NCBI RefSeq assembly: GCF_030144855.1 | Contig: NC_082706.1 | Location: 95,542,001 to 95,606,000 of the forward strand | Origin: Hypanus sabinus | Taxonomy: Eukaryota | DNA length: 64,000 bases | Direction of reading: 5' to 3' | Part shown: positions 37,570 through 49,468 of the stretch, piece by piece | How the letters are laid out: each line of letters starts with the position of its first letter | Numbering within the stretch: the first letter of the stretch is position 1 | The notes under the pieces: generated by a model | What the model was told of the DNA's origin: nothing | Seen by the model: the letters and a program-made list of their open reading frames with translations, nothing else | The model's database searches: none | Translations under genes and position numbers: made by a program

Positions 37570-37880
37570 ACCAGAGGGGATAACTTCACTCAACTTCACT
37601 GAACTGTTCTGACAACATATGAACTCACTGCATGGGCTCTTCATCTCATGCTCTCAATATTTATTGCTTATTTACATGTTTTTATTATTATTATTTCTTG
37701 TTTTCTTACTTTTTGCACTTGCACAGTTTGTTGTCTTTTACACGCTAGTTGCCTGCACTTTTGGGTGCTGCCTTTCATTATGATTCTTGGATTTACTGAG
37801 TACGTTCACAAGAAAATGAATCTCGAAGTTGTATATGGTGACATATATGTACTTGATAATAAATTTATTTTAAACTTTGA
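37570..37880 (+). mobile_element. Rex1/Babar-type 3' UTR fragment inserted in the PLE hammerhead core
   Basis: Matches the reverse complement of the 3' end of the Rex1 copy at 7065-7350 (aaccagaggggataa ... ctttga tail). Confidence 0.65.
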
Positions 37881-38309
37881 GATTAAGGTTCTCAGCCCAA
37901 AATATCGACTGTTTATTCCTTTCCATAGATACTGCCTGAGCGACTGAGTTCCTCCAGCATTTTGTATGTGTTACCCTGGATTTTCAGCATCTGCAGAAAC
38001 TCTTGTATTTAAAACTATGTGAGACATAGTCAGCGTAGATAGTCAGAGCCTTTTTCCCAGAGTGGAAAAGTCAGATACAAATTTAATACAGACTAATGAA
38101 GGAAGTTTTCTTTTACATAGAGTGGTAGGTGTCTGGAAGATGGTGGTAACAAAAATAGCAAAGTTAAAGAGGCATGAACAGGTAGGGAATGGACAGATAT
38201 AGATCACATGCACGCTGATGGGATAAATCAGGATTTTCATCATAGTTGGCAAAAACACCGTTGGCTGAATGACAGCTCTCCACACCTCTCTCTAACAGAA
38301 TGACCGCAA

Positions 38310-39620
38310 TCAGTCTGCTTTGGCAGCATCGTCTCTAGTTCCAGCACGCTGAGCCCCAGCACCTCCCAGGACAGTGTGCTCAGCCCACTGATGTTCATTC
38401 ACTCTGCTGATGCATGACTGCACTGCGAGATCCACCTCAAAGCGAATCATCAGGTTTGCTGAAGAGACAACAATGGTTGGTCTCATCAATGGGACAAGAA
38501 GGTTGTGTACAGAGAGGAGGTAGAGTGACTGGTATGAGTTCAACAACTTGAGATTCAACATGGACAAGACTAAAGGGATGATTGTAGACTTTAGGAAGGT
38601 GCAGGCTAACCTCTCCTCACTGCATAATAATAGCATCTTCATTAGAGAGTTAAGAGCACCAAATTACTGGAAGTGCACATAACAGATAATCTCACCTGGT
38701 TCCTCACCACCACCTCCATAGCAAAGAAAACATCACAGTGTTTCAACTTCCACAGGAAGTGGAGAAAAGTTCCCCCTTCCTGCCATTCTAACTAGTTTTT
38801 ACAGGAGCACCACTCAGAGTACATCTGGTACAGAAATAGCAACGCATGTGACCACAAGATCCTATACTGCCAAACAAAGGATTGCTGAGCGGATCAGCAG
38901 GGTCCCTTGTCCAAAGTAGTTATCAAAAGTACTGCGTCCGCAGTGTCAGGCCTGCACAAGCAAGCTTCCCCCAGCCTCCACCCAGCTAACAGGAGTCACC
39001 TGCCACATGCTTCCACCTCATCACCTGCAACCTATTTAAACCCAGCTCTCATCCACAACTCTTGTTCATATATACAATCCAGCCTCAACCAGTTGCTCCT
39101 AGCCTTCAGTTATCTTGTTGCCTCATCACATTAAGTATCATTTCCCCTTGTTTTGTGACCCTTCATGACCTGTTATTTTGCAGTTTATTATTTTTAAGTG
39201 ATTGCTAATTCATCTCCACTGATATGCATTTGGGTCATGCCTCATCTATATTTCCTGACACAAAGGGCCCTTAGCATTGACAAGGATCTCTCCCATCCAT
39301 CCTACAATCTCATTGAGCCCTACCATCAGGCAGCAGATACCATGGCATTAAGACAAGCCCTGTTAGGTTGGGAAACAGCTTCCTTCCCCAGGCCATGAGA
39401 CAAATGAACTCCCTGCCATCACCCAGATCTTGTCTCGTATGAAGCATCAGCAGTGTTATATTGTTTATTTTTAAACTTGTATTATAAATGCACCTTATGC
39501 TAAATGTCAAATATCTAAAATATATTTTACTATTTGTTAGTTTCAGTATGGTAATAATACTTGTGTGTGAATTTTATGTACAATGTTGTGCACCTTGTGT
39601 CATTTGCTGGTATATTTCAC
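38310..39620 (+). mobile_element. Rex1/Babar-type LINE remnant (RT to 3' end)
   Basis: APQG.VLSPL, IIRFAEETTMVGLI, KTK.MIVDFRK and DLSHPS remnants. Confidence 0.7.
38944..39260 (+). mobile_element. Probable solo LTR (317 bp) nested in the Rex1 remnant
   Basis: Terminal inverted TGTCAGG...CCTGACA and an internal TATTTAAA. The Rex1 sequence resumes afterwards. TSD is unclear. Confidence 0.55.
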
Positions 39621-39814
39621 TCTACCTTCTATGGACAAACAGCGCAGGGATGGCTAAATACATTACGTGGGATTACTATAGACTCATGCAACGATTAGTG
39701 TCGACCAATTTCTATGCTGTGCAACTCCAGAGACGTCTTTGTAACAAAGTTGGACAGCCTTGTAACCAGCCCTCTATCTAAACCATGTCCATGGCTCCTG
39801 TTCCCACCCTGTAC

Positions 39815-39850
39815 TCATCTGATGAAGGGTCTCAGCCTGAAACATCGACT
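39815..39850 (+). ncRNA. Hammerhead ribozyme core in a short PLE 3' fragment (39815-39945)
   Basis: CTGATGA-AGGGTCTCAGCCT-GAAAC-ATC-GACT. Both catalytic boxes are intact, but the 5' strand of stem I is lost. Confidence 0.55.
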
Positions 39851-40899
39851 GTTTACTCTCTTCCGTTGATGCCTGCTGAGTTCCTCCAGCATTTTGTGTG
39901 TGTTTCTTGGATTTCCAGCATCTGCAGGTTTTCTCTTGTTTGTGACAAGGAGACAAGAGTCAGATTTACATTTCTACTGCATCTCTCCTGATTCAGTACC
40001 CAAACTGCTTTACGAGTAATGACATATAGTCACTAAAATAATGTTAGAAATGTGATACAGCAAGCACCCACAGACAGTTCCTTGTTGTTTTCTAGTGTTA
40101 GGTAATATCATCCCAAAACCAGGGATAACACCCCTATTCTTCAAAGAAATAGCATCATGAGATCTTTAGCATCTACTTGAGAGAGCAGATAGGGGCTGTG
40201 TGTAACACTCCAGTGAGCAGACATCACATCTGAACTAAACAGCTTTGAACTAAAAAGCAAGAGGGTAACACAGAAATGTACACTGGGTTGCCTTACGAAG
40301 TTAAGGAAAATGCTGAAAATACTCAGCGGGTCAAGCAACACCTGTGGAGATAACAGCGGGCTTCAAGTTAACAAATGACATCAGGACTGGAAGAAGTTGG
40401 AGATGAACAGATGGTAAAATGATGGTGAGACAAGGAGCTAATACGTATAGGGGATGGTTTGTGCTCATAAGGAGGGCAGAGAATGAATGGTGAAAGAGGA
40501 TGGTATTGACATATGATAGATCAACAGGAGGTGCCACTGACAGCTCAACAATGAATTGAAGCATTACAGAAAATGAACTGGCTTATCTCATGGGCAGCTG
40601 AGATTCTTTCAACGACAAATTCAGCAGTTCACAAAACCCCTTCCTCCAGTAGACTGTAAGGTGTATAAGCTAATGCATTTGTTTTCTTTTCAACTATTGG
40701 AAATCTAAAATCTGCTGACACCACAAATCTAAAGAAAGGAAATGCTGGGAACACTCATCAGGTCAAAGAGTATCTGTGGAGAGAGAAACGGAGAACATAT
40801 CAGATCAAAGACACCAACAAAGCTGGGAAGTGAAAAGTAATTTCATTTTCAGTTGCAGAGAGGGGGGAACAGGGATAGATAGGAAAAAAGTAGGACCTG

Positions 40900-41345
40900 T
40901 GTTATAAGGAAAGGTTGAATAGGTTGGGATTTTATTGCTTGAAATGTAAAAGATTGAGAAGGGATTTGATAGAGGCATGCAAAAATTGAGGGGTATAGAT
41001 AGGATGAATGCATGTAAGCTTTTTCCATTGAGGTTGGGTGGGACTACAACCAGAGGTCATAGGTTAAGGGTGAAAGGTGAAAAGTTTAAGGGGAACATGA
41101 GGAGAAACTTCTTCACTCAGAGGGCTGTGGGAGTGTGTAGAGAGCTGCCAGCACAAGTGGTGTATGTGAGCTTGATTTCAACACTTAAGAGAAGTTTGGA
41201 TAGGTACGTGGATGGTAGGGGTATGGAGGGCCATGGTCGCAGTGCCAGTCGATGGGGGTAGGCAGTTTAAATGGTTTGGCATGGACTAAATAAGCCAAAG
41301 GACTGTTTCTGCGCTGTACTTTTTCAATGTCTCTATGATTCTAAG
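40900..41345 (+). mobile_element. CR1 LINE 3' end
   Basis: TTRGHRLRVKGEKFKGNMRRNFFTQR motif and a CTATGATTCTA tail. Confidence 0.8.
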
Positions 41346-42009
41346 TAATATCTGTGATAGTGTGAGATAAGTGTTTTCCCGGTGATAAGCTGGTAGATAG
41401 ATTAATGAAGCAGGCAGGGGGAGGGAGATGGAGAGACAGAGAGAGATTGAGAGAGAGAGTGAGACATCGGACAAGCAAAGGAATATAATAATAATGTGGA
41501 AAAGCATGGTGTGAGAAATAACTGATGCATCAATATCAGGAAGGTGGGGGAGTTGTTGGGGAGAAAAAGTTGAGTCAAAATCTGAGTTTATCACGTGCTG
41601 ATGAAAAGAGCTTGAACATACACGTATGGTCTGTGATTGAGTGGAGGCACAGAAAGTAGTGCAGGGTGAGTGAGGGTGTTATGGGATCTAAGTAATTGAA
41701 ATAAAATAACATTTATTTTAACTATTTAACTGCTTTAAACAGTTCTGAATGTTATGACCTCACAAACTACAGTGAGTTACTGGTTCCCTACCTATCAGAT
41801 GATGTAAAAAGATAGGATTTAAAGGGGGTCTCAATTGAGGAAAGAGATGCAGGGAGGTAGAAATGTTTCAGTACAAATTCTACATCTTAGGGCCCAGGGA
41901 GGTGAGGACATGACAGCCAGCGTTGTAAAGATGAGAACTGAGCATGGTAAGAAAGAAGGTGCACCAAGATATAAGGCTGGATGAGAACAGGAGACGCTGC
42001 ATTGCGTAG

Positions 42010-42260
42010 AGGGAGAGAATACAGGTATGCTGATTTGGATACCGTTGGGGGTTGACCTAGCAGAGGACAGCCAAAGCAGTCAGCTTTCTAGCACTGGGTC
42101 TGGTTCTGTGGCTCAGAAGGGAAGGGGGGAAAGAGGTGAGTTGTTGTGAAAGGGGATTCATTGATTAGGGGAACAGAACGGAGGTTCTGTTGACAAGAAT
42201 GAGATTCCCAGATAGTATGATGCCTCCCATATACTACGGTCAGGGACATCTCGACTTGCT
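42010..42260 (+). mobile_element. CR1 ORF1 (SGNH esterase-like) fragment
   Basis: GDSLIRGTERRFC-like translation. Confidence 0.5.
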
Positions 42261-42264
42261 TGAA

Positions 42265-42936
42265 GCTTGTAACCTCCAAGGTTGTCACAGGTCTCTTGGT
42301 GGCCTCCCTCACTAGTCCCCTTCTTGCACAGTAACTCAGTTTTTGAGGGCAGCCTGCTCTAGGCAAATTTACAGTTGTGTCATATATGGTCCTTCCACTT
42401 CTTGATGATTGACTTAACTGTATTCTAAGGGATATTCAGTGACTTGGGACTTTCCTTGTATCCAGCTCCTGACTTTTGCTTTTAATAACCTTTTTGTGGA
42501 GTTGCTTGGCGTGTTCTTTTGTCTTCATGCTGTGGTTTTTGCCAGGATACTGACTCACCAGCAGCTGGACCTCCTAGATAAAGGTATATTTTTACTACAG
42601 TCAATTGTTACACCTTGACTGCACATAGAGTCCAAAAACAGATCTCCATTTAACTAATTATGTGACTTCTAAAACCAATTGGCCGCAGCAGTGGTGATTT
42701 GGTGTGTCATATCCAAAGGGAAGGGGGATGAATACTTATGCAATCAATTACTTTGTGTTTTATATACGTAATTACTTTCGATCACTTTGTAGAGATCTGC
42801 TTTCACTTTGACACAAAAACATCCTTTTCTGTTGATCATTGTCAAAAAAGCCAGATTAAATCCACTGTGATTCAATGTTGTCAAACAATAAAAATGAAAA
42901 CTTCTAAAGGCAGGTGGATATAGCTTATAGGCACTG
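42265..42936 (-). mobile_element. Tc1 transposon left-end fragment (second family)
   Basis: TA|CAGTGCCTATAA TIR at 42936 and N-terminal transposase PRAGCPQKLS..RRGLVREATKRP. An isolated extra TIR lies at about 43072-43111. Confidence 0.75.
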
Positions 42937-43760
42937 TAGATTGGATGAATGAACACAGTCTCTTGCCCAGGTTTGGGAGATCAAGAACAGGATGCATAGG
43001 TTTACAGTCAGATGGAATACATTTAATACAAACCTGAGTTTAAACTTTTGTCACCACAGGATGATCAGTCCATGAAACTTCCAAGGGGGTGAACACTTTT
43101 TATAGGCACTGTATATAAGTATTTGGATACATAAGGCATAATTACGGATAATCAGCATGGCTTTGTGCATGTTAAGTAGTGTCTAACCAATCTTATAGTG
43201 TTTTTGAAAGAACCTATCAGCCAAGTCGATGAAGGCAAGGCACTGCATGTTGTCTACATGGACTTTAGCAAGACCTTTGACTACAAGGTAGAGTTCATGG
43301 GATCATAGACCATTCAGAAATCTAATGTGGAGGTGAAGAATCTGTTTCTGAGTTATGGACTGTTGGCCTTGAGACTCCTGTACTTCCTCCCAGATGGGGC
43401 GCCCTGAATGGTGAAGTTTCTCAGTGACGGATACACTTGAGGTATTGCCGCTTGAAGATATCCTCAATGGTGGGAAGGGCTGTGCCGACAACTTTCTGCG
43501 ACCCCTTGCGATCTTATGCATTGGAGCTAAGACCAGGCTACCATGCAACCAATCAGAATGCTCTCCACAGTCTTTGGTGACCCTTACAAATTTTCTCAAT
43601 CTTCTAACAAAGCAGATCCACCTGTCGTGCCTTCTTTGTGATTGCATCAATGTGTTGGGTGCAGGATAGATCCTCCAAGATGTGGGATGGAGCAAGCTGA
43701 GGGAAGATATAAAGGAGCTGCATAAATTTGTGAATGAACCAGATAGAACAGGGAGGCGTG

Positions 43761-43961
43761 ATCTGTTCTCCTTATCAGAGAAGATGGTGATTGGGGGAAG
43801 GACTGGGTAGGACTTGAGTGTTCAGAGTTCACTGCCTCAAATGATAATTAAGGAAAATATCTGTTCTCCTTATCAGAGAAGATGGTGATTGGGGGAAGGA
43901 CTGGGTAGGACTTGAGTGTTCAGAGTTCACTGCCTCAAATGATAATTAAGGAAAATATCTG
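43761..43961. repeat. Perfect tandem duplication, 98-bp unit x2
   Basis: 43761-43858 equals 43859-43956, followed by a further ATCTG. Confidence 0.95.
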
Positions 43962-44730
43962 CATCTCATTTTTTAAAAAAGCCTAAGTGTTGTAACCTGC
44001 AGGGAGCTAAGATCTGGTTAAGTGGAATTAAGCTGGATAACTCTTTCTCATCCAGGATCAACACAGTGCTCCACATGATCTCCATCTGTGCTGTAAATTT
44101 CTGTTTCCATGATAAGCTCTTTTTGCAACCACCACCAAAGGCGGTCTGGTCTGTCTTCATACTGTGCAGGAAGTCTCTTTGAAATTCTCTACTCTTTACA
44201 GGCTGCGTACAAGGAGGGTCGGAGCAAACATGTCAGACGGGTACATTGGCACCTTCTTTGCACCTGCTTCATCCGTCATTATGTCGTTACAGGGTCAGAC
44301 ATTCCTGGTTGCACATGCAGGAAATCACCTTCACGGAGGAGAGCGCACTTCGCAGTAAGGCAGCCACATAAATCTGTACACTGCTGAAGCCACATCTGGA
44401 GTATACTTCTATCACAGGCTGTCAAGCTTACTGCCTCTGTGACCTTTCAAACTGCCATGTCCCCTGCAAAGAGCAGAACTACAGTTGTATCCTGAAGGTC
44501 ACGGAAGCCTTGTCAAGAACTCCGAGACTTTCCATGCAGACATGTGGTCACTCCACAGCAAAGAGGCCCTGACATCAATCAGATGCCATCACCATGACCC
44601 AAGCCTCACTGAAAATCTGCTTCTGCACTTGTCAACTCTGAACATCAGTATGCAAAATCTGGAGGGTACTGCAGATAGCCCCCATCTCCACCAATCACAC
44701 TCCACGTCACTTCACACTAATGAAAGAATC

Positions 44731-45158
44731 CTGCAAGAGGACCACAATCTTGTCATGGTTTGGAGGCTTGTTTACCTCAATAAGTCAGAGAGCTATGCTG
44801 GCCGAAGTCAGGGCCTTATGCTTTGGCTCTTGATAGGGTCACCCATGCCAGACAGGTCAAAGGGTAAAGGCCAGACTAAGAGTGGTCCACCGGTCCTCCA
44901 GATTTGGGGGTTCAGCTCAGGGCTAACCCTGACTGGTCGAACAGAACAGTTATGGAAAAAGCAATGAAGTATTCTTCTACTTCTGTGTATGACGGTATTC
45001 CTGCATCTCCACCCGGGACTTGCATGGCTGACAGTAGTGAAAACCGAGAGGAAGCCTCTGACTCCACAGAGGCAGCACTGAGCACTGCCGCCAAGGACAG
45101 TCCGAGATGGAGGATCTTCATTGCTGCACAAAGCTCCAGCAGTGTAACAGGTAGTAAA
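44731..45158 (+). mobile_element. Bipartite non-autonomous RTE element (5' UTR fused to 3' end)
   Basis: Rex3/Expander-like 5' UTR motif (gagctatg...gggtcacccatgcc.gacaggtc...ccagactaagag) joined to the RTE 3' tip (AAKDSPRWRIFIAA). TSD GAAAGAATC at 44722-44730 and 45159-45167. Confidence 0.7.
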
Positions 45159-45429
45159 GAAAGAATCTTTTTAAGGCCTCTTTTTAAGGATTCATTCACT
45201 GAAGCACTGTGCAACAAGATCTGTGTTTGTATGGTCAACTTCAAGAGAGAAAGAAGTGTTTTTTTAGTTGCTGACTGAGAAGCCTTTAATCATGCTCCTG
45301 GAACTTAGCATCATAAACAAAAAGCACAGCAAAGAACGAATGGAAACAGAAGAGACTCCAGATGCTGGAATCTGGAGCAAGATACAACCTGCTGAAAGAT
45401 CTCAGCAGGTCGAGCAGCATTCACTTTCA

Positions 45430-46340
45430 AATTCAGATTCAGTTTATTGTCATTTAGAAACCACAAATGCAATGCAGTTAAAAAATGAGACAATGTTCCT
45501 CCAGAATGATATCACAAAAGCACATGACAAAACAGACTACACCAGAAAATCAACATACCTTTTGGCAATCCCCAATCTAGAATCCGGAGAGGCTGCTGCG
45601 TATTAATATCGCGCTACCGTCTTAACGTGCTCCAAATCCACCAGACAAAACAAGACTACCCAGACACACCAAGTCAGGAGACCAACTCTACTGCCCAATA
45701 AACCAAAAACTAAAGCTACAAGACCTACGCAAAACCATATAGTTACGTATAGTTATAGTTAACATATAGTTACAACAGTGCAGACAATACCATAATTGAT
45801 AAAAAAAACAGACCATGGGCACAGTAAAAATAGTCCAAAGATGTTAAAAGACTATAAGTTCGAAAGAACCACCACACAGTTTCCACAAGTCCTCAGGGTC
45901 CCGAAAGACTCGTCATTCCACGCAGGTGACAGAAGGGAATACCCCCGCTATAGACTTCCACGGCGCCACCGGACTCAGCCTCGCAGACACAGCACACACT
46001 GAAACGCCCCAAATGCAGTGGACTGCGAGTCCGTTGAACCTTTGAGCCTCTGGCACAGCTTCTCCGAGCACCATCCTCTACCAAACGTATTAAGACGCCC
46101 CCGCCGATGGCCACCGGCAATGCAACCCCAAGGACTGGGGGCCTGTTCTTCTCAGCAGAGACCCAGACCTCACAGCAGCAACGAAGAAGGCCTTCCTGGA
46201 GATTTCCCGATGTTCCTCCTTGCTCCCACGTCCATTTTTCATCAGATTAGGATTGTGCACGGCACCCCGCTTAACAAATAACATATCAGCTCCAGAGTGA
46301 CCACTGCAAGCTGCGTCGCGATCTCAATCTTCTCAATCTT
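45430..46340 (-). mobile_element. Non-autonomous non-LTR retroposon, copy 2
   Basis: Colinear with 35817-36672, same (CTGAAT)n tail, with extra internal segments. Confidence 0.75.
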
Positions 46341-46389
46341 GGCTCGATGGGAGCAAAGGAATTGTCAACATTTTATTGAGTAACAGAGT

Positions 46390-46713
46390 CATAGAACACT
46401 ACAGCACAGAAATAGGTACTTCAGCTTATCTAGTCCGTGCTGAACCATTTAAACTGCCTAATTCCATCGAATTACACTGAGACCACAGCCCTCCATATCC
46501 CTACCATCCATGTACATACCCAAAAATCTCTTAAATGATTAAATTAAGCTCGAATACGCCACCTGTGCAGGCAACTCATTCCACACATTCACAGCCCTGA
46601 GTGAAGAAATTTTCCCTCATGTTCCCCTTAAACTTCTCACCTTTCACCCTTCACCCATGACATCTGATTGTAGTCCTACTCAACCTCAATGGAAAAAGCC
46701 TGCTTGCCTTTAC

Positions 46714-46764
<51 letters not shown>

Positions 46765-47570
46765 GCCTCATAATTTTGTATACCTCTATCACATCTCTTC
46801 TCAATCTTCTATGTTCCAAGCAATAAATTCCTAACCTATTCAATCTTTCCTTATAACTCAGGTCCCCCAGACCCAGCAACATCCTTGAAAATTTTCTCTG
46901 TACTCTTTGAGCATTATTTACATCTTTACTATAGGTGGGTGACCAAAACTGCACTTAATACTCTAAATTAGGCCTCACCAATGTCCTGTAGAACTTCAAC
47001 ATAACATTTAGGGTGGAAACCCTGCCTCATGACTGGAACTCCTGATGCTGTTGAATCCACTGAGATCTGGTGTCAGCACAGAAAGAGGTCCAATCCGTCC
47101 ATGCCACGGTAATGTCCATCTACGCTAATCCCATTTGCCTCTGCTACTCCATGTAATTGCCTCCATTTCTGTACCAGTCCAGAAGATTCTTAAATACCAT
47201 AATGGCACCTGCCCTATCACCTCCTCTGGCAGCTTGTTCCAGATAACCACTGCACCCTGTGTAGAAAACCTTATGCTTCAGATCTCCTTTAAATGTCTCC
47301 ACTCTCACCCTAAACCTGTCCCTCTAGTACAGCCCTCTATTCCAGACACCATCCAGGTGAATCTCTTCTGAACTCTCTCTATTACTACCACATCCTTCCT
47401 GCAGGGTTTCAACCAGTATTGTATAGAATACTCCAAATGTTTTGTATCTCTGCAACATGACATTCCAATTCTTATGCCTCTGGAGGCAAAGATACCAAGT
47501 TTCTTGTTTGCTATCCTCTCCACCTGCATCACCACTTTCAGTGAGCTATAGACTTACATTCCAAGATCCT
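46390..47570 (-). mobile_element. Two CR1 3' fragments with a (TA)n(CA)n microsatellite at about 46714-46764
   Basis: QFWSP..RVQRKFSRML and ERVQKRFTWM motifs. Confidence 0.75.
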
Positions 47571-47669
47571 GCGGGACATCCAAAATTCCCAGAGACAAAA
47601 TCTGAAAATGCAATCAATTCATCATTACCACAGTGGATAGTCAGCAACTATGTACTGTGTGAGTTGGAA

Positions 47670-48480
47670 CACTCAAAAGTTCAAAGGTCCAATTTAATGA
47701 CAGAGAAATATATACAATACACATCCTGAAATACTTTTTCTTCGCCAACATCCACAAAAACTGAGCAGTGCCCCAAAGAATGAACGACAGTTAAATGTGA
47801 GAACCCCAAAGTCTCCATCTCCCCCCTCCCATGCGCAAGCAGCGGGGAGCAACAACACCCCCCCCCCAAACTGGCAAATAATAATCAGCACTGCCAACAA
47901 GCAGCCAAGTGTGAGCAAGGCAATAGCAAAGACCCAGTCTTACAGTTACCCCAAAGACTTTGCATTTCGTCCGGCTTTTGACATACCACAAGTTCTCTCT
48001 CCCTAATATGGGAGAGGGAGATGTCTCCATTTTCCCAGCGAGCGGGGAGAGGTAACAACAACTCGCTGGTTTATGATGTTAAAAGTCCATTAATTTGCTT
48101 TTCTTGAGCTCTGTGCCTGAAGATCGCAAAGATCTTGGGTCTTTGGGCCCACAGCAGTAGATATTCTGACTACGTGGGTCCCTTGCTGTGACACCGACCC
48201 TCGATCCACCTGTCTCCAAAGCCCTGAGAGCTTAGGCTTCCGAATTTGAGTCAGACTCTCAGGCCAAACCCTTTGCGTGCCATACAACAGCCCGTCCTGA
48301 AACCCCGAGAATGGGTCCCATTCCCGCAAAGAACCGAAGTCAGCGTATAACTCCAGGTCAGGGTCTTCAAAAGAACCCTGAAAGGGAAAAAAATAAAGAT
48401 ATTAAAGATGGAAATAGGGCTGTTTCGGAAGATGCAAGCAAAGAAGTCGCCGTTTAGTGCCATCTTAACTCCGCCTCCAC
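47670..48480 (-). mobile_element. Second non-autonomous retroposon family
   Basis: The minus strand starts near GGAGTTAAGATGGC and ends in a (CTTTGAA)-type tail like the Rex1 copies. No ORF. Confidence 0.55.
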
Positions 48481-49468
48481 CTCTGTGTTGGGCAGGGTGG
48501 TTGACGGGGCTTCACTGCAATGGTGAGGAGTGACAGCTACACATTCACATTAGCACAGGGCAGCAGCACTGGCACCCTCCAGCACAGCCACTGGCAGGAA
48601 AATGTAAGCACTTCAGCCCTACAAACTTCTGTTAGCCCACTGCTCCGGTTCCACCAGGGGAATTCATAGTCCATTAAACAGGGAGCTGGGTCACAGTCAC
48701 TTTGGAGGTCACTATATTAAAGGATGTGCCCCTGCGACCTTACTGCACAGACCAATTCCGTCATTTCATCTGATGAGTTTGCCAGTACGCTGGCACCCTG
48801 GCTCTTATAAGGTCATAATAATAGAGTCCCGTGATTGGTTGAAATAGCCAGGCACTGCAAACATTGCGTAAACAGCCAATTGTAATCCAGTCCTTAATCC
48901 TACTCTGCACATACATAGTATCATCCTCTGATCTTCAGGCATAGGCATATAGTTCAGTACCTTCATTTATCACACCACTCCTCACCAACATTAGCATGGT
49001 CTGTAAATTATTGGGAACACCTCATCTGGCTCATTCTCTGCCTCTGATTCCTAGTTCATATTCACCTCTTCCTCCTTCTAAAGCTGGGCAAATTTCAACA
49101 GAGAATTCCATAACTATGCCATAGATATCACCTTGCCAAAGGAAAGAAGGAGGCAAATATCCCTACAGCTGTTATCCTTGAGATGTCAAAGTAATCCCAT
49201 TCACCCATGTCCCAAATGTACCCTGACCTACATTGTTTCCCAGTTAGGTAATGTCTCAATTTCAAAATTCTCACCAATATTTTCAAATTCATCCGTGGTC
49301 TCCCACCTCCCTACACCTATCATTTCTGGAATTTTATTAACCACCTCCACATTCTCTAATTTTGGCTACTTGTTATTGCTAAGCTTAATCACCATCAGTG
49401 GCACTCCTTTCAACTGTTTAAGCATTAAACTCCCTCTAAGCCTCTCCATTTTGATAGGTTGTCCTTCT

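Larger units (their letters stand above)
35160..38009 (+). mobile_element. Penelope-like element (degenerate RT/GIY-YIG) with two nested insertions
   Basis: FYKPTGSHSYLDYTSSHP and LLYIGET remnants, a short inverted 3' copy at the 5' end, and the standard PLE terminus at about 37880-38009. Confidence 0.8.
34820..38290 (+). mobile_element. CR1 3' fragment split by a PLE insertion
   Basis: CR1 sequence stops at about 35155 and resumes at about 38010. TSD TAAAA(T/C)TATG. Confidence 0.65.
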
